Part shown: piece after piece, positions 16,194 to 25,302 of the stretch
Layout of the letters: every line of letters begins with the position of its first letter
Numbering within the stretch: the first letter of the stretch is position 1
Assembly (NCBI GenBank): GCA_001790095.1
Contig: MGBH01000001.1
Coordinates: forward strand, 30,001-62,000
Length of the DNA stretch: 32,000 bases
DNA from: Candidatus Saccharimonadota bacterium
GTDB lineage: Bacteria > Patescibacteriota > Microgenomatia > UBA1406 > GWC2-37-13
Direction of reading: 5' to 3'
The notes under the pieces: model-generated
Told to the model about the DNA's origin: nothing
The model's database searches: none
What the model saw: only the letters and a program-made list of their open reading frames with translations
Position numbers and translations under genes: made by a program

Positions 16194-16926
16194 ATAAAAA
16201 TAAATATGTTATCGTTTTGGAAAACGCTTGATATATTGATTCAATTATACCAATTTCTCCATCGAATAAGCCCTGTTTGGCAATAAGACGGCGCCATAGC
16301 TCACCAAAATATTTCCTAAAAAAAGTAAGTGTTGAAGCGGGTTTGTTTGCTTTAAATAACAGCTCAGATTCAATATTTTCAAACAAAACAGTTTTTTTTA
16401 CCATTGTCTCAAGGTTGCCATGGAAGTAGTGTAAAAATGGTTCTTGGAGATATCCCATCTTGCCTTCGACCTGAGGGGTTGAGTGGATATTTTTGGGCCA
16501 TAATCTAAAAGCCTCCCTATTAATAAGTCTCATCTGTTCATCCGGCCACCAACCGCCGTGTAGTAGCCATTTCTTTCCCCCAAATATATTCTTGCGAGGT
16601 ACTTTGTAATAGGTAAATTCATCAGACTGTATGACCTCTTTTATTTCGCGGGCAAGCTTATCTGTCATGCGTTCATCTGCGTCCAGTATCATGACCCATT
16701 TGGTATTAGTGTGTTTTATACCAAATTCCCGAGCCGGTTCAACATAGTGAGAGTGCGGACTAAACCTGACGATCTGAGCCTTGTGTTTTTTTGCGATTTC
16801 AACAGATCTATCAGTGCTTTCCATATCAGTTATGAAGATAGAATTAGTCAGCAGTTTTGCTGATACTATACAATCTTCAATATGCCTTTCTTCATTATGA
16901 ATTTGAATAAGTACAGAGATACTCAT
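16168..16926 (-). CDS. glycosyltransferase family 2, LgtF/WaaE-like subgroup (copy 1)
   Basis: ISVLIQIHNEERHIEDCI, ITDMESTDRS and the DxD-type motif ILDADERMT are present. The subgroup motif is VPRKNIFGGKKWLLHGGWWPDEQMRLINRE. It is a paralogue of 26928..27824. Confidence 0.85.
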   Translation of the reverse strand: MSISVLIQIHNEERHIEDCIVSAKLLTNSIFITDMESTDRSVEIAKKHKAQIVRFSPHSHYVEPAREFGIKHTNTKWVMILDADERMTDKLAREIKEVIQSDEFTYYKVPRKNIFGGKKWLLHGGWWPDEQMRLINREAFRLWPKNIHSTPQVEGKMGYLQEPFLHYFHGNLETMVKKTVLFENIESELLFKANKPASTLTFFRKYFGELWRRLIAKQGLFDGEIGIIESIYQAFSKTITYLFLYEKKSRTL

Positions 16927-16929
16927 ATG

Positions 16930-18573
16930 TTAATTAAATATATAGAAATTCTTTTCACCTTTCCAGAGAGGATCGAGCTTTACGTAACGGAACTTGTTTG
17001 ACGTATTAAGAAGTAATTTCGTTTTGTCTGATATACAAACTTCATCAATTATGGCGAGTGTAGGTTGCGTAATGAATTCAAGTTCTCCCGAATTACATCC
17101 TTTAAAGACATTTTTGTGAAATGCAAACACATTTTGTTCTTTAATAAACTCTTTCTGTATCTTTGTTATGTCTTGATCTTTCTTCGGATAGAGAAAAATA
17201 TAGCTTAAGAAATAACTAAAAGGGTTTGAAAGGTGTATGGTGAAGGGTTTATCTTTTTGAATAAGGAATGCTGCAAGTTTTCGCTCATCTTCATGATACA
17301 GCTCAGACTGCAGGAGGGGACGATAAAAAGCATATCGATACATAAAGTCTCCTACCTGAAACAATATGACGGTACTACACAGGCCAATAAGTATATACTT
17401 CATATAAGTCTTTAATCTGGTCGCATACTGATAAAACCATATGAGACCGATCGCCATAACAAAACTGATTCCTACTCCCGAAAACAATGACCTGATTGAA
17501 AAACTAAGCGAATATATATTGATAGCAGAAGGTATAAGTCCAAGGATAGAGATGCCGGCAATCATGTAGTACTCCCTTATATTTTTATTGCCAAGCTGCA
17601 AAAGTCCCATTAAGAGAAACAATGCAAAAAAAGGATAGAATTGACCCGTAATACTATTGCTATAGATAGGTACATAGTCTCCTGTATTAAATAAATAAGC
17701 TGTACTTAGCCCCTGCATGATATTTGCAATAAGATAACGCGTGATAAATACAACCTTATTGTTTATCAAATATGAAAAAAGAGAAGGGTTATGATCGTTG
17801 GAGCGGGATGTGTTAACTTCATTTTGTATTCGTTCACGTGCAAAAAAAACTATCTCGGTGGAACTCCTTGTCAGCATATTTTCTTCAATTTGCATACTGA
17901 TAAAAAGAAGCACTGCAAAAAAACAAATAAATAGTAAAGAAAGCAGAACGGTTTTTCTTATATTTTTTTTGCTTATATACGACCATAATTCAAAATAGAT
18001 AAAGGCACTTGGAAGAAGTGGTCGGATACCCTGGTAAGAAAAAAAAGCAAGAAAATAAAAGAAAAATGCAAATACATATCTTTTTTTTATTTGAGTAAAA
18101 AGAGCCAGTAAAAAGATAGGGAATGCGATATTTATCTCAAGAGCAAGGCGGCTTATATGAAAAACCCAGGGACTAAACGAAAAAATAATACTGGTAAGAA
18201 TGCTTAAATCTTTTCGTCTTAAGAGAGCAAATAATAATTCAAACACAAGAAGAGGAATAAAGGATGATGGAAGAAGGTATATTAACCTGGATGATGTAAC
18301 TGTTTGAGGAATGCCAGCAAGCCAAAAAGGGATGCCGTAATACATGGCAAAGGGAGGAGCGTGAGGTGAAATATGCTCAAACTGCAGGGGCGTATTTATA
18401 CCATATAAATCTTTGCCTGTTTTGGCCAAAGAATACTGAGTTAGAACAGTATCTCTTTCATCATACAAAAGAAAGGTCTTATCCAAGTGTGGTAAGCGGA
18501 TAAGAAAAAAGAGAAAAACGATAACAAGAACAACCCTTCTTGTTTTGATATACTGCTTGATTTTTTTATCCAT
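16930..18573 (-). CDS. GT-C membrane glycosyltransferase, PMT/ArnT-like (copy 1 of a paralogous pair)
   Basis: The ORF-track start at 18582 is TTG; ATG at 18573 gives MDKKIKQYIK. The first loop is LYDERDTVLTQYSLAKTGKDLYG. The protein is polytopic with a C-terminal soluble domain. It is colinear with 25303..26916. Confidence 0.75.
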   Translation of the reverse strand: MDKKIKQYIKTRRVVLVIVFLFFLIRLPHLDKTFLLYDERDTVLTQYSLAKTGKDLYGINTPLQFEHISPHAPPFAMYYGIPFWLAGIPQTVTSSRLIYLLPSSFIPLLVFELLFALLRRKDLSILTSIIFSFSPWVFHISRLALEINIAFPIFLLALFTQIKKRYVFAFFFYFLAFFSYQGIRPLLPSAFIYFELWSYISKKNIRKTVLLSLLFICFFAVLLFISMQIEENMLTRSSTEIVFFARERIQNEVNTSRSNDHNPSLFSYLINNKVVFITRYLIANIMQGLSTAYLFNTGDYVPIYSNSITGQFYPFFALFLLMGLLQLGNKNIREYYMIAGISILGLIPSAINIYSLSFSIRSLFSGVGISFVMAIGLIWFYQYATRLKTYMKYILIGLCSTVILFQVGDFMYRYAFYRPLLQSELYHEDERKLAAFLIQKDKPFTIHLSNPFSYFLSYIFLYPKKDQDITKIQKEFIKEQNVFAFHKNVFKGCNSGELEFITQPTLAIIDEVCISDKTKLLLNTSNKFRYVKLDPLWKGEKNFYIFN

Positions 18574-18606
18574 ACAAAGCAATTTTATATTATACTATAT
18601 ACTGAC
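18574..18606. promoter_or_regulatory. AT-rich divergent promoter region between two GT-C genes
   Basis: This 33-bp gap (aaagcaattttatattatactatatactgac) contains overlapping TATACT/TATATT -10-like hexamers only 4-16 nt from the GTG start at 18607. It is the only non-coding DNA between the two divergent blocks. Confidence 0.3.
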
Positions 18607-20277
18607 GTGACAAGAAAAATACTAGTATTGCTATCATGGTTTCAGAAACATAAAATAACAGTTTCTTTGATCATAATCTCATGCATTACGAATCTGAGTC
18701 TGACCATTTTTAATGGTAGACGCATCTGTGTGGATAGTGGATGTGGACTCTATATCGGAGGTCTTCATTTTCACGACTCACTGTGGCATCTTGCACTCTC
18801 AAACGTGGCTTTTCAACAGTACCCTTTTATCCTGCCTATTTTTTCTGGAGTCAACTTAAGCAGCTATAATTATCTTCTTGATTTATTCATCTTTCTTCTA
18901 AAAGGGCTTGGTATTCCGACACTTGTTTCATATTTCAAATTGATACCAGTTATATATTGTTTTATGTTTGCCGGTTTGAGCTATAAATATTTGCATCGCA
19001 TGAATAAGTCATCTTCATTCATAAATAGCGCACTGTTCTTTTTGTTTTTCGGAAGCTCATTTTCCTATATACTTTCTCTTTGGCATTTTGGAAAGTGGCA
19101 AAGCTTTATGTACTCTCAAGCCATGCAATCGGGAAGAGCACTTCTTAATATGCAATATGCTGTTTCACTTTTGTTTTTTCTAGCATCACTTATCATTCTT
19201 CAGGAAAAAAAGCTAAATGCGGCACAAACAGTACTTTTAGGACTATTTCTCTTTATTACAACAGGACTGAAGTTCTATGGAGGAGCAACTTTAGTTGTGA
19301 TACTGGCGATTTATTCACTTGTTTTATTCATAAAAACAAAAAAACTAAAAATTCTGCTATTTCAAAGTTGTATATACGTCTTTGGTTTTTTCGGAGCAGT
19401 CATACTTTTTTATACGTCTTCTTCCTCAGGCAAGGGGGGGTTGCCCTTTGCGTTTTCACCCTTTGCAATAGTTCATTCACTCATAGAGGAAAGAGATATG
19501 TTTTATATACCTAATCTTGTGTTGGCAAGGTATACGTTATTATCTTCCCCCAAGCTTTTTTCTCCAAGACTTCTTTCAATTGAGTTGTTTACAACAGCCA
19601 TTTTTCTTATGTATAACATGGGTACAAGAGTTATTGGAGTTGTTGATATTTTTATCAAACTGATAAGAAGAAAACTGACAGGACATGAACTTAGTTTGCT
19701 GGGAGGGATATTGTTTTCAGCACTTGCAACACTCCTTTTTGTGCAAAAGGGGGATTGGTGGAATGTTATCCAGTTTTTTGGTTATTCTTTATTTTTGCTC
19801 AATGTCTTTGCGGGTTCAGCACTTGCTAATTTATTTGTATCAAAAAAAATGGCACCCATGATGTTGGGCATCTTACTCATTTTCCTCACTCTTCCAACCA
19901 ATATTGAACAGCTTTCCTTTGCTAGGGAAAAATACGTTTCATTTACTGACAGCGAGGTTGCTGCATTGACCATTTTAAAGGAAAAACCATACGGCACTGT
20001 TCTTCAGTTGCCTGTGAGCGAATATGCCTATATTCCTGCATTTTCAAACAAGCCTTTATATTTTGGCGACAAGGGAGTATTAAACATCCTTGGAGTTGAT
20101 TACAAGCCACGGGGAGAAGAAGTTAAAAAGCCAACAGAGATTGATTTTGAGAAAAAGGACATTCGTTATATTTACATTAATAAATCAAAATTCGATTTTT
20201 CAGGAGATATTTTTTTGGGAAAAGGTTTTAAGAAACTGTTTGAGAATACGGATATCAGTTTATTTCAAAAAGAATGA
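18607..20277 (+). CDS. large polytopic membrane protein, GT-C-like (unclassified)
   Basis: 556 aa with a GTG start (alternative TTG at 18628). The loop after TM1 is GGLHFHDSLWHLALSNVAFQQYPF. There are at least 10 hydrophobic segments and a C-terminal soluble domain of about 110 aa. The family assignment is an inference from architecture and context. Confidence 0.55.
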   Translation: MTRKILVLLSWFQKHKITVSLIIISCITNLSLTIFNGRRICVDSGCGLYIGGLHFHDSLWHLALSNVAFQQYPFILPIFSGVNLSSYNYLLDLFIFLLKGLGIPTLVSYFKLIPVIYCFMFAGLSYKYLHRMNKSSSFINSALFFLFFGSSFSYILSLWHFGKWQSFMYSQAMQSGRALLNMQYAVSLLFFLASLIILQEKKLNAAQTVLLGLFLFITTGLKFYGGATLVVILAIYSLVLFIKTKKLKILLFQSCIYVFGFFGAVILFYTSSSSGKGGLPFAFSPFAIVHSLIEERDMFYIPNLVLARYTLLSSPKLFSPRLLSIELFTTAIFLMYNMGTRVIGVVDIFIKLIRRKLTGHELSLLGGILFSALATLLFVQKGDWWNVIQFFGYSLFLLNVFAGSALANLFVSKKMAPMMLGILLIFLTLPTNIEQLSFAREKYVSFTDSEVAALTILKEKPYGTVLQLPVSEYAYIPAFSNKPLYFGDKGVLNILGVDYKPRGEEVKKPTEIDFEKKDIRYIYINKSKFDFSGDIFLGKGFKKLFENTDISLFQKE

Positions 20278-21374
20278 TATTTTTGTTTTATTTTTTTCAA
20301 CTTTTTGCCTTTTTTCTTTACTCGTTTTTTCTTATCGATCCCAACATTACTTTTATTCAAAATAGATACTGGGTGCAGTTTCGTGATGCAGTGGTTCAGG
20401 TGGGTTATTATCAACGTGAGGTTTCATGGTATATCTATCTTGTATTAGTAGTGTTATTCTTTATCTTTCATTATTATTTTGTACGAAATTACAAAAAAAT
20501 AAATCTTAATCGATTAGTATTATTGATTGGAACGGTTTTGCTGTTTTCTTATCCTTTTCTATCTCATGACTTCTTTAATTATATGTTTGATGCAAAAATA
20601 TTTACCTTTTATCATCAAAATCCTTATCTGCAGAGAGCTCTTGATTATCCCAGCGATCAGTGGACACGTTTCATGCACTGGACTCATAGGACATATCCGT
20701 ATGGACCGATTTTTCTGTTATTAAGTTTTATACCATCCTTTTTGGGTTTTGGTAAATTCACTCCGACTTTTCTTTTGTTTAAAGCGATGTTTGTTGGATT
20801 CTATTTGCTTGCTGTTTTTTTTCTTAACAAACTAGATAAAAAATGGGCGATTATATTTGCCACTCACCCGCTTATCCTTATCGAAGGTCTTATATCATCT
20901 CATAATGATCTGATAGCTCTTTGTCTTGCTGTTATTGGCATTTTTTTTCTGTTGAAACGTACTCAAATATGGGGGAGATTATTTTTATTGTTTTCATTTG
21001 CGATAAAGTATATTACAGTACCACTTTTATTACTTTTAAAACAAGATAAGGATAGGCGGACTACAAAATGGAATCTGTTTATTTCTATCCTTCAGTTTGG
21101 TGTTATTGCTTATTTATGTTACCGAATGGAGATTCAACCGTGGTATTTTTTGACACTTTTTACCCTTTTGCCGTTTATTCCTTGGGTAATCACAAAACTT
21201 GATATATTCTTTTTTGGATTGCTTATGTCATATTATCCCTATATTCGTCTTGGAGGTTGGGATACTGTGGAAAAGGTAGATATAAAACATATAATCATCA
21301 CTGTTTTTTTCATCCTGAACATTGTTTTTATCGGCATAGCCGCTTTATTGAAACGCAGGTCTATTGCTTCTTAA
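20274..21374 (+). CDS. GT-C membrane protein, GT87/DUF2029-like (PimE/MptB-type mannosyltransferase-like)
   Basis: 366 aa, polytopic, with no large soluble domain. LSHDFFNYMFDAKIFTFYHQNPYLQ...YPYGPIFLL resembles the conserved Asp loop and the nPY / YpyGP blocks of DUF2029/GT87. ATGA overlap with the preceding gene. Confidence 0.6.
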   Translation: MIFLFYFFQLFAFFLYSFFLIDPNITFIQNRYWVQFRDAVVQVGYYQREVSWYIYLVLVVLFFIFHYYFVRNYKKINLNRLVLLIGTVLLFSYPFLSHDFFNYMFDAKIFTFYHQNPYLQRALDYPSDQWTRFMHWTHRTYPYGPIFLLLSFIPSFLGFGKFTPTFLLFKAMFVGFYLLAVFFLNKLDKKWAIIFATHPLILIEGLISSHNDLIALCLAVIGIFFLLKRTQIWGRLFLLFSFAIKYITVPLLLLLKQDKDRRTTKWNLFISILQFGVIAYLCYRMEIQPWYFLTLFTLLPFIPWVITKLDIFFFGLLMSYYPYIRLGGWDTVEKVDIKHIIITVFFILNIVFIGIAALLKRRSIAS

Positions 21375-22779
21375 ATACGTAGAAATCGCGATAAGGAGTA
21401 GATACTCTTTTATAATGGGGGTCCTCAAGCAGGAATTCTTTTAACTTAATAACCTGTTCAATATCTTTTATCTCGCCTGAATAATAATTATTTATATTTT
21501 GGCCAGTTGAGAGATCAAAAGCGATATGCTGAGGGTCATATTTCTTATAAGAAAGCGACAAAAGAAATACTTTATCTTTCCGACTTATAAGATGGGGAAG
21601 TATGTTGTTTTGACTCATAACGCTTCCTGTTGTCTCAATATACTGAATCTGTTTAAAAAGTTCAGACTTTTTATTCCATTCTTTCCAGAAAACTGGGTTA
21701 ATTGCAAGAAGAAGGGGGGGATGAGTGCTTGTTTTTGCAGTAAAGAGGGCAATGATGAGAGCAATGCACACAGTGCCATTTGAAATAAGTACTTTTTTTG
21801 GCAAGATGAGAGAGTTTATTATCCTTAATGACTTTATTGAAGCTATGGCAAGGAAGGCTCCCAAGAACACATTGTAATGCATGCCAAGAGTGAAGCTTTG
21901 TGAATGTACATAAGTTGGCAATAATCGAATGCTTAATTCGGCAAGAATGGGAATAAAGAATACACCAGAAAATAGAGGGAGAAAACCAAACGAAGACAAC
22001 GAATCAAACCACAGCTTTCTTTTTATCGGCAGATTTACAAAGTTTGTAATGTATTCTGTCGGTTTTACAGGTAATACGGGAGCATATAAGTATGCTTGCT
22101 TTGCAATAAGAGGTGTGAGTATATAACCTGCGGTTATAAACCATAAAAGAGCAAATCCCATATAAAAAGCAATAATTCTTCTATCTTTTTTTTGAGTGTA
22201 AAAATATGGGATCAAAATAAAAAAAAGCGAAAGAGGATTGCTGTCTTTAAATCCCATAAAGATAATAGCGCTTAAAAAGGCAATGAAGATGTTTTTACGA
22301 TAAATTAAAGAGTATAGAAACAGAAGCAATAAAACTATAGCCGTTGATTCTGAGTGCCAATCGGATACGAGCGGACTTTCTACCCCTGCAAAAAGTAAAA
22401 AAATAACAGAACATGCAAGGGAAGGAAAAAAACGAAGTGTTTCTCTTTTTGCAATCGTGAAGATAAGAAGGCCTGCGGTGACTGTCATAAGCGCTTGTTC
22501 AATAAGAAGGATTTGAAGTTTGTTTGTGATTAAGAAAAGAGGAGCAAGAAGAAAGAAACTTGGGGCAAGGTGGTCACCAAAAAAATGAATCTCACCAAGG
22601 ACTTTATGGACGATCACAGGAGGAAGGGATCGGGATATAAGCCATATTATACGTGCATAATGACCAAAGTCATAAAAAAATATCTGTCCAGTATTAAAAC
22701 GCCACAAAGACACACAACAAAAAAAAACAAAAAAACAAAATAACAAAATAACTACAATTACTTTATTTATTCGTTGCAT
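21361..22779 (-). CDS. DUF2079-like polytopic membrane protein (putative GT-C)
   Basis: 472 aa. FYDFGHYARIIWLISRSLPP...FFGDHLAPSFFLLAPLF resembles the DUF2079 N-terminal signature (fDlg.f.q..w....g.....H..p.l.l..P). It has a C-terminal soluble domain. Confidence 0.6.
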   Translation of the reverse strand: MQRINKVIVVILLFCFFVFFCCVSLWRFNTGQIFFYDFGHYARIIWLISRSLPPVIVHKVLGEIHFFGDHLAPSFFLLAPLFLITNKLQILLIEQALMTVTAGLLIFTIAKRETLRFFPSLACSVIFLLFAGVESPLVSDWHSESTAIVLLLLFLYSLIYRKNIFIAFLSAIIFMGFKDSNPLSLFFILIPYFYTQKKDRRIIAFYMGFALLWFITAGYILTPLIAKQAYLYAPVLPVKPTEYITNFVNLPIKRKLWFDSLSSFGFLPLFSGVFFIPILAELSIRLLPTYVHSQSFTLGMHYNVFLGAFLAIASIKSLRIINSLILPKKVLISNGTVCIALIIALFTAKTSTHPPLLLAINPVFWKEWNKKSELFKQIQYIETTGSVMSQNNILPHLISRKDKVFLLSLSYKKYDPQHIAFDLSTGQNINNYYSGEIKDIEQVIKLKEFLLEDPHYKRVSTPYRDFYVFKKQ

Positions 22780-23621
22780 TTACAGATAGAATTTAAGAAA
22801 TCAGAAAGATAATTCTTCAAAAGATGAAACCTTGTTTTTAAGGGAGCATACATGAGCCCAAAACGAAGCTGATTTTGTCTTTGGTACTGCTGATGTATTA
22901 TAGATCCGGAACCGCCAGTTGACGCTGCATTCTTATGCCAAATAACGATCTCTGGATTATAGTAAAGAGGGAATCCTGCTTTTTTTGCGCGTTCGCAATA
23001 GTCTGCATCCTCGTAATACAAAAAATATCCTTCATCCCATTTACCCATTTTTTCCTCCACTTCTTTGTTATAGCACATGAGGCAACCGGTGATAAAGTCT
23101 GTCTTGCCAAATGAATTGTATTGCCTTTCATCTATCTCATCTACTCCTCTATGGGTGGTGGTGCAATTTTTCCAATCGTTTATACCTCCTGCATACCAAA
23201 ATACTTTTCCAAGGTCCTCTTTTCTATACCGGGCTTTATGATACTCATATCCAGCTTCGTAAAATATCTTACCTCCAATAAGAGATGATGGATGATGGAG
23301 GAGGCTGTATTTTACCTTTTCTACAAAGTTTTTACTTACTACAACGTCGCTATTCATCACTGCAAACATACGATAACCTTCATGTGCTGCTTGATCTATG
23401 GCTATGTTTACTCCATGCGCATATCCCTTATTTTTTCCTGGGATATACGTCACATAGTTTGGGTAATCATAGTGTTGTTTGTTATCACTGAGGTCGGCGA
23501 CAAAAATACGAAAGCCAGAATCGGTTTGTCTATCAAATGAAGCAAAATAGTCTGTAAGGATGGTATAATTCTTATATATAACAGTGATAACTGCCAAAGT
23601 ATGAGACATAATATTATTCAT
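22767..23621 (-). CDS. glycosyltransferase family 2 (WbbL/rhamnosyltransferase-like)
   Basis: LAVITVIYKNY, IFVADLSDN, NKGYAHGVNIAI, MNSDVVV and ITGCLMCYNKEVEEKMGKWDEGYFLYYEDADYCERAKKAGFPLYY are present. The ORF-track start at 23642 is TTG; ATG candidates are at 23621 and 23609. Confidence 0.85.
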   Translation of the reverse strand: MNNIMSHTLAVITVIYKNYTILTDYFASFDRQTDSGFRIFVADLSDNKQHYDYPNYVTYIPGKNKGYAHGVNIAIDQAAHEGYRMFAVMNSDVVVSKNFVEKVKYSLLHHPSSLIGGKIFYEAGYEYHKARYRKEDLGKVFWYAGGINDWKNCTTTHRGVDEIDERQYNSFGKTDFITGCLMCYNKEVEEKMGKWDEGYFLYYEDADYCERAKKAGFPLYYNPEIVIWHKNAASTGGSGSIIHQQYQRQNQLRFGLMYAPLKTRFHLLKNYLSDFLNSICKCNE

Positions 23622-25298
23622 TATATCAACCAAGTAAGACAAAAAATTCAGAGAACTTTAGCCAGACTTGATAAAACGACTATAATCTACATCATTATTT
23701 TCCTTGTTTTTCTTACAAACACTCTTTACGTGATGTATCCTGATGAGTTTGTAAACATGCTGGCCGGTAAGTTTATTAATATGGGCAAGATTCCCTATAA
23801 GGATTTTTTTGATCATCATCTTCCCTTTGCCTGGTATTTGTCAGCCTTCCTTCAATGGTTCTCTTTCGGTTCTTATGTTTTGTTTCGGATATGGTGGGCG
23901 GTGTTTGCTTTTTCTTGTTTGCTTGGAGTGGCTTTCTATATTAAAAAGCATAGTAAAGAAGCCTATCCTTATTATCTTGGATACTTCTTTATATATCCTT
24001 TTGTGACAGTATATTATTGGACACATCTATTTCTTGCAGACAGTCTGGCGTTCCTTTTTTTCTCAGTTTTATTTTGGGTGCTGATAATTGAATCATATAA
24101 GAAAGTAAGCGAATATAAAACGATTTTATTTTTATCATTTGTAAACTTTTTGTTTATCTTTTCTTCCTTGACTTTTATATATATCGCAGTTCCCTTTTAC
24201 CTGTGGATGCTTTATCTGGTAAATAGATCAAGGATAGATGTGAAAAAAAGCTTGAAGCTTGTTGGTTTGAGTGTTACTCCATTTGTAATCTACGGCATAT
24301 ACCTTTTGCTTTCTGGTTCATGGAAGGAGTTTTATATTTCAAACTTTCTTTATAATACTAAGCTTTATATTAGTATTCCAAACTACACCAAAGGCCACTT
24401 TTTCAATCCCCTGAAGTTTGCCCTTACTCTTATATTTAATTTTTATGAAAGCTACATACCTCTTCTTGTCCGAATTAAAGAGTTTAATCTATTTTTTCCG
24501 GTTGACCTAACGATTGCATTGGGAAGTTTTATTCTTCTTCTATTCTTATTTGTTGAGAACAAGATACTCTTTTTTCTATTTTTTACTATACTTTCATTCT
24601 CTGCACCTCGGAGCAATCTTATGCGCATTGGTGAATCTGACTATCAATCAGGGATGTTTATTGCTTTAGGGTTTATATCTACCTTCATAGTTTTCTGGAG
24701 ATATAAATTCATTCAATTTACGCAAGAATATACTCATCTCTTCAAGAAGATCCTCACCCTCCTTTTGGTGTTCTATTTTTCTTTTGGACTTTTATTTCTT
24801 GTAAAGAATACATATGATAAATTCTATAAGCGTTACACGCAGAAGATGCCAGGGATTTATAATGTAGCCTATTCTGCTTCATTTATAGATGACGTTCTGG
24901 AGAAGGGAGATTATTTTTGGATTGGTCCTTACGAACCTAATGAGGAATTTTTTGTAAAAAAGGCATCGCTTCCCGGTAAATATCCAACCCTTCTTCCTCA
25001 GTTTCGAGAAGACGAGTACTTTAAAAACGGATTTTTACAACAATTTGAAGATCATCCGCCTAAAATAATTATCTATAAACATGAAGCCTCAATCTTTATG
25101 ACACCGGCCCTTGAGTTTGGATCCTTCTTTATCGATTGGATGAAAAATAAATATACCTCTATTGAAAACATAAAAGGTGTAGAGGTTGTACAAAGTCCTT
25201 CATCATTTAATATGAGGACAGATGTATATATCCTAAACTCTCAGAAGGAACAGATTTTAAACAAACTTCAGGAGAAGGGTTATATATCATTTAGATAA
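23601..25298 (+). CDS. GT-C membrane glycosyltransferase, PMT_2/ArnT-like
   Basis: 565 aa. TM1 (TIIYIIIFLVFLTNTLYV) is followed by MYPDEFVNMLAGKFINMGKIPYKDFFDHHLPFAWYL, a DE loop plus a PY.DF.DH.P block common in ArnT-like proteins. The protein is polytopic with a C-terminal soluble domain of about 150 aa. Confidence 0.6.
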   Translation: MRHNIIHYINQVRQKIQRTLARLDKTTIIYIIIFLVFLTNTLYVMYPDEFVNMLAGKFINMGKIPYKDFFDHHLPFAWYLSAFLQWFSFGSYVLFRIWWAVFAFSCLLGVAFYIKKHSKEAYPYYLGYFFIYPFVTVYYWTHLFLADSLAFLFFSVLFWVLIIESYKKVSEYKTILFLSFVNFLFIFSSLTFIYIAVPFYLWMLYLVNRSRIDVKKSLKLVGLSVTPFVIYGIYLLLSGSWKEFYISNFLYNTKLYISIPNYTKGHFFNPLKFALTLIFNFYESYIPLLVRIKEFNLFFPVDLTIALGSFILLLFLFVENKILFFLFFTILSFSAPRSNLMRIGESDYQSGMFIALGFISTFIVFWRYKFIQFTQEYTHLFKKILTLLLVFYFSFGLLFLVKNTYDKFYKRYTQKMPGIYNVAYSASFIDDVLEKGDYFWIGPYEPNEEFFVKKASLPGKYPTLLPQFREDEYFKNGFLQQFEDHPPKIIIYKHEASIFMTPALEFGSFFIDWMKNKYTSIENIKGVEVVQSPSSFNMRTDVYILNSQKEQILNKLQEKGYISFR

Positions 25299-25302
25299 AC
25301 TG

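Noticed and set aside
22715-22765. A-rich quasi-repeat (acaaaaaaaaacaaaaaaacaaaataacaaaataac) that looked like a microsatellite.
   Set aside because: It is the plus-strand image of the minus-strand codons for the first TM helix of the DUF2079-like protein (VIVVILLFCFFVFFCCV). It reflects a Phe/Val/Leu-rich helix in an AT-rich genome and is not a regular repeat unit.
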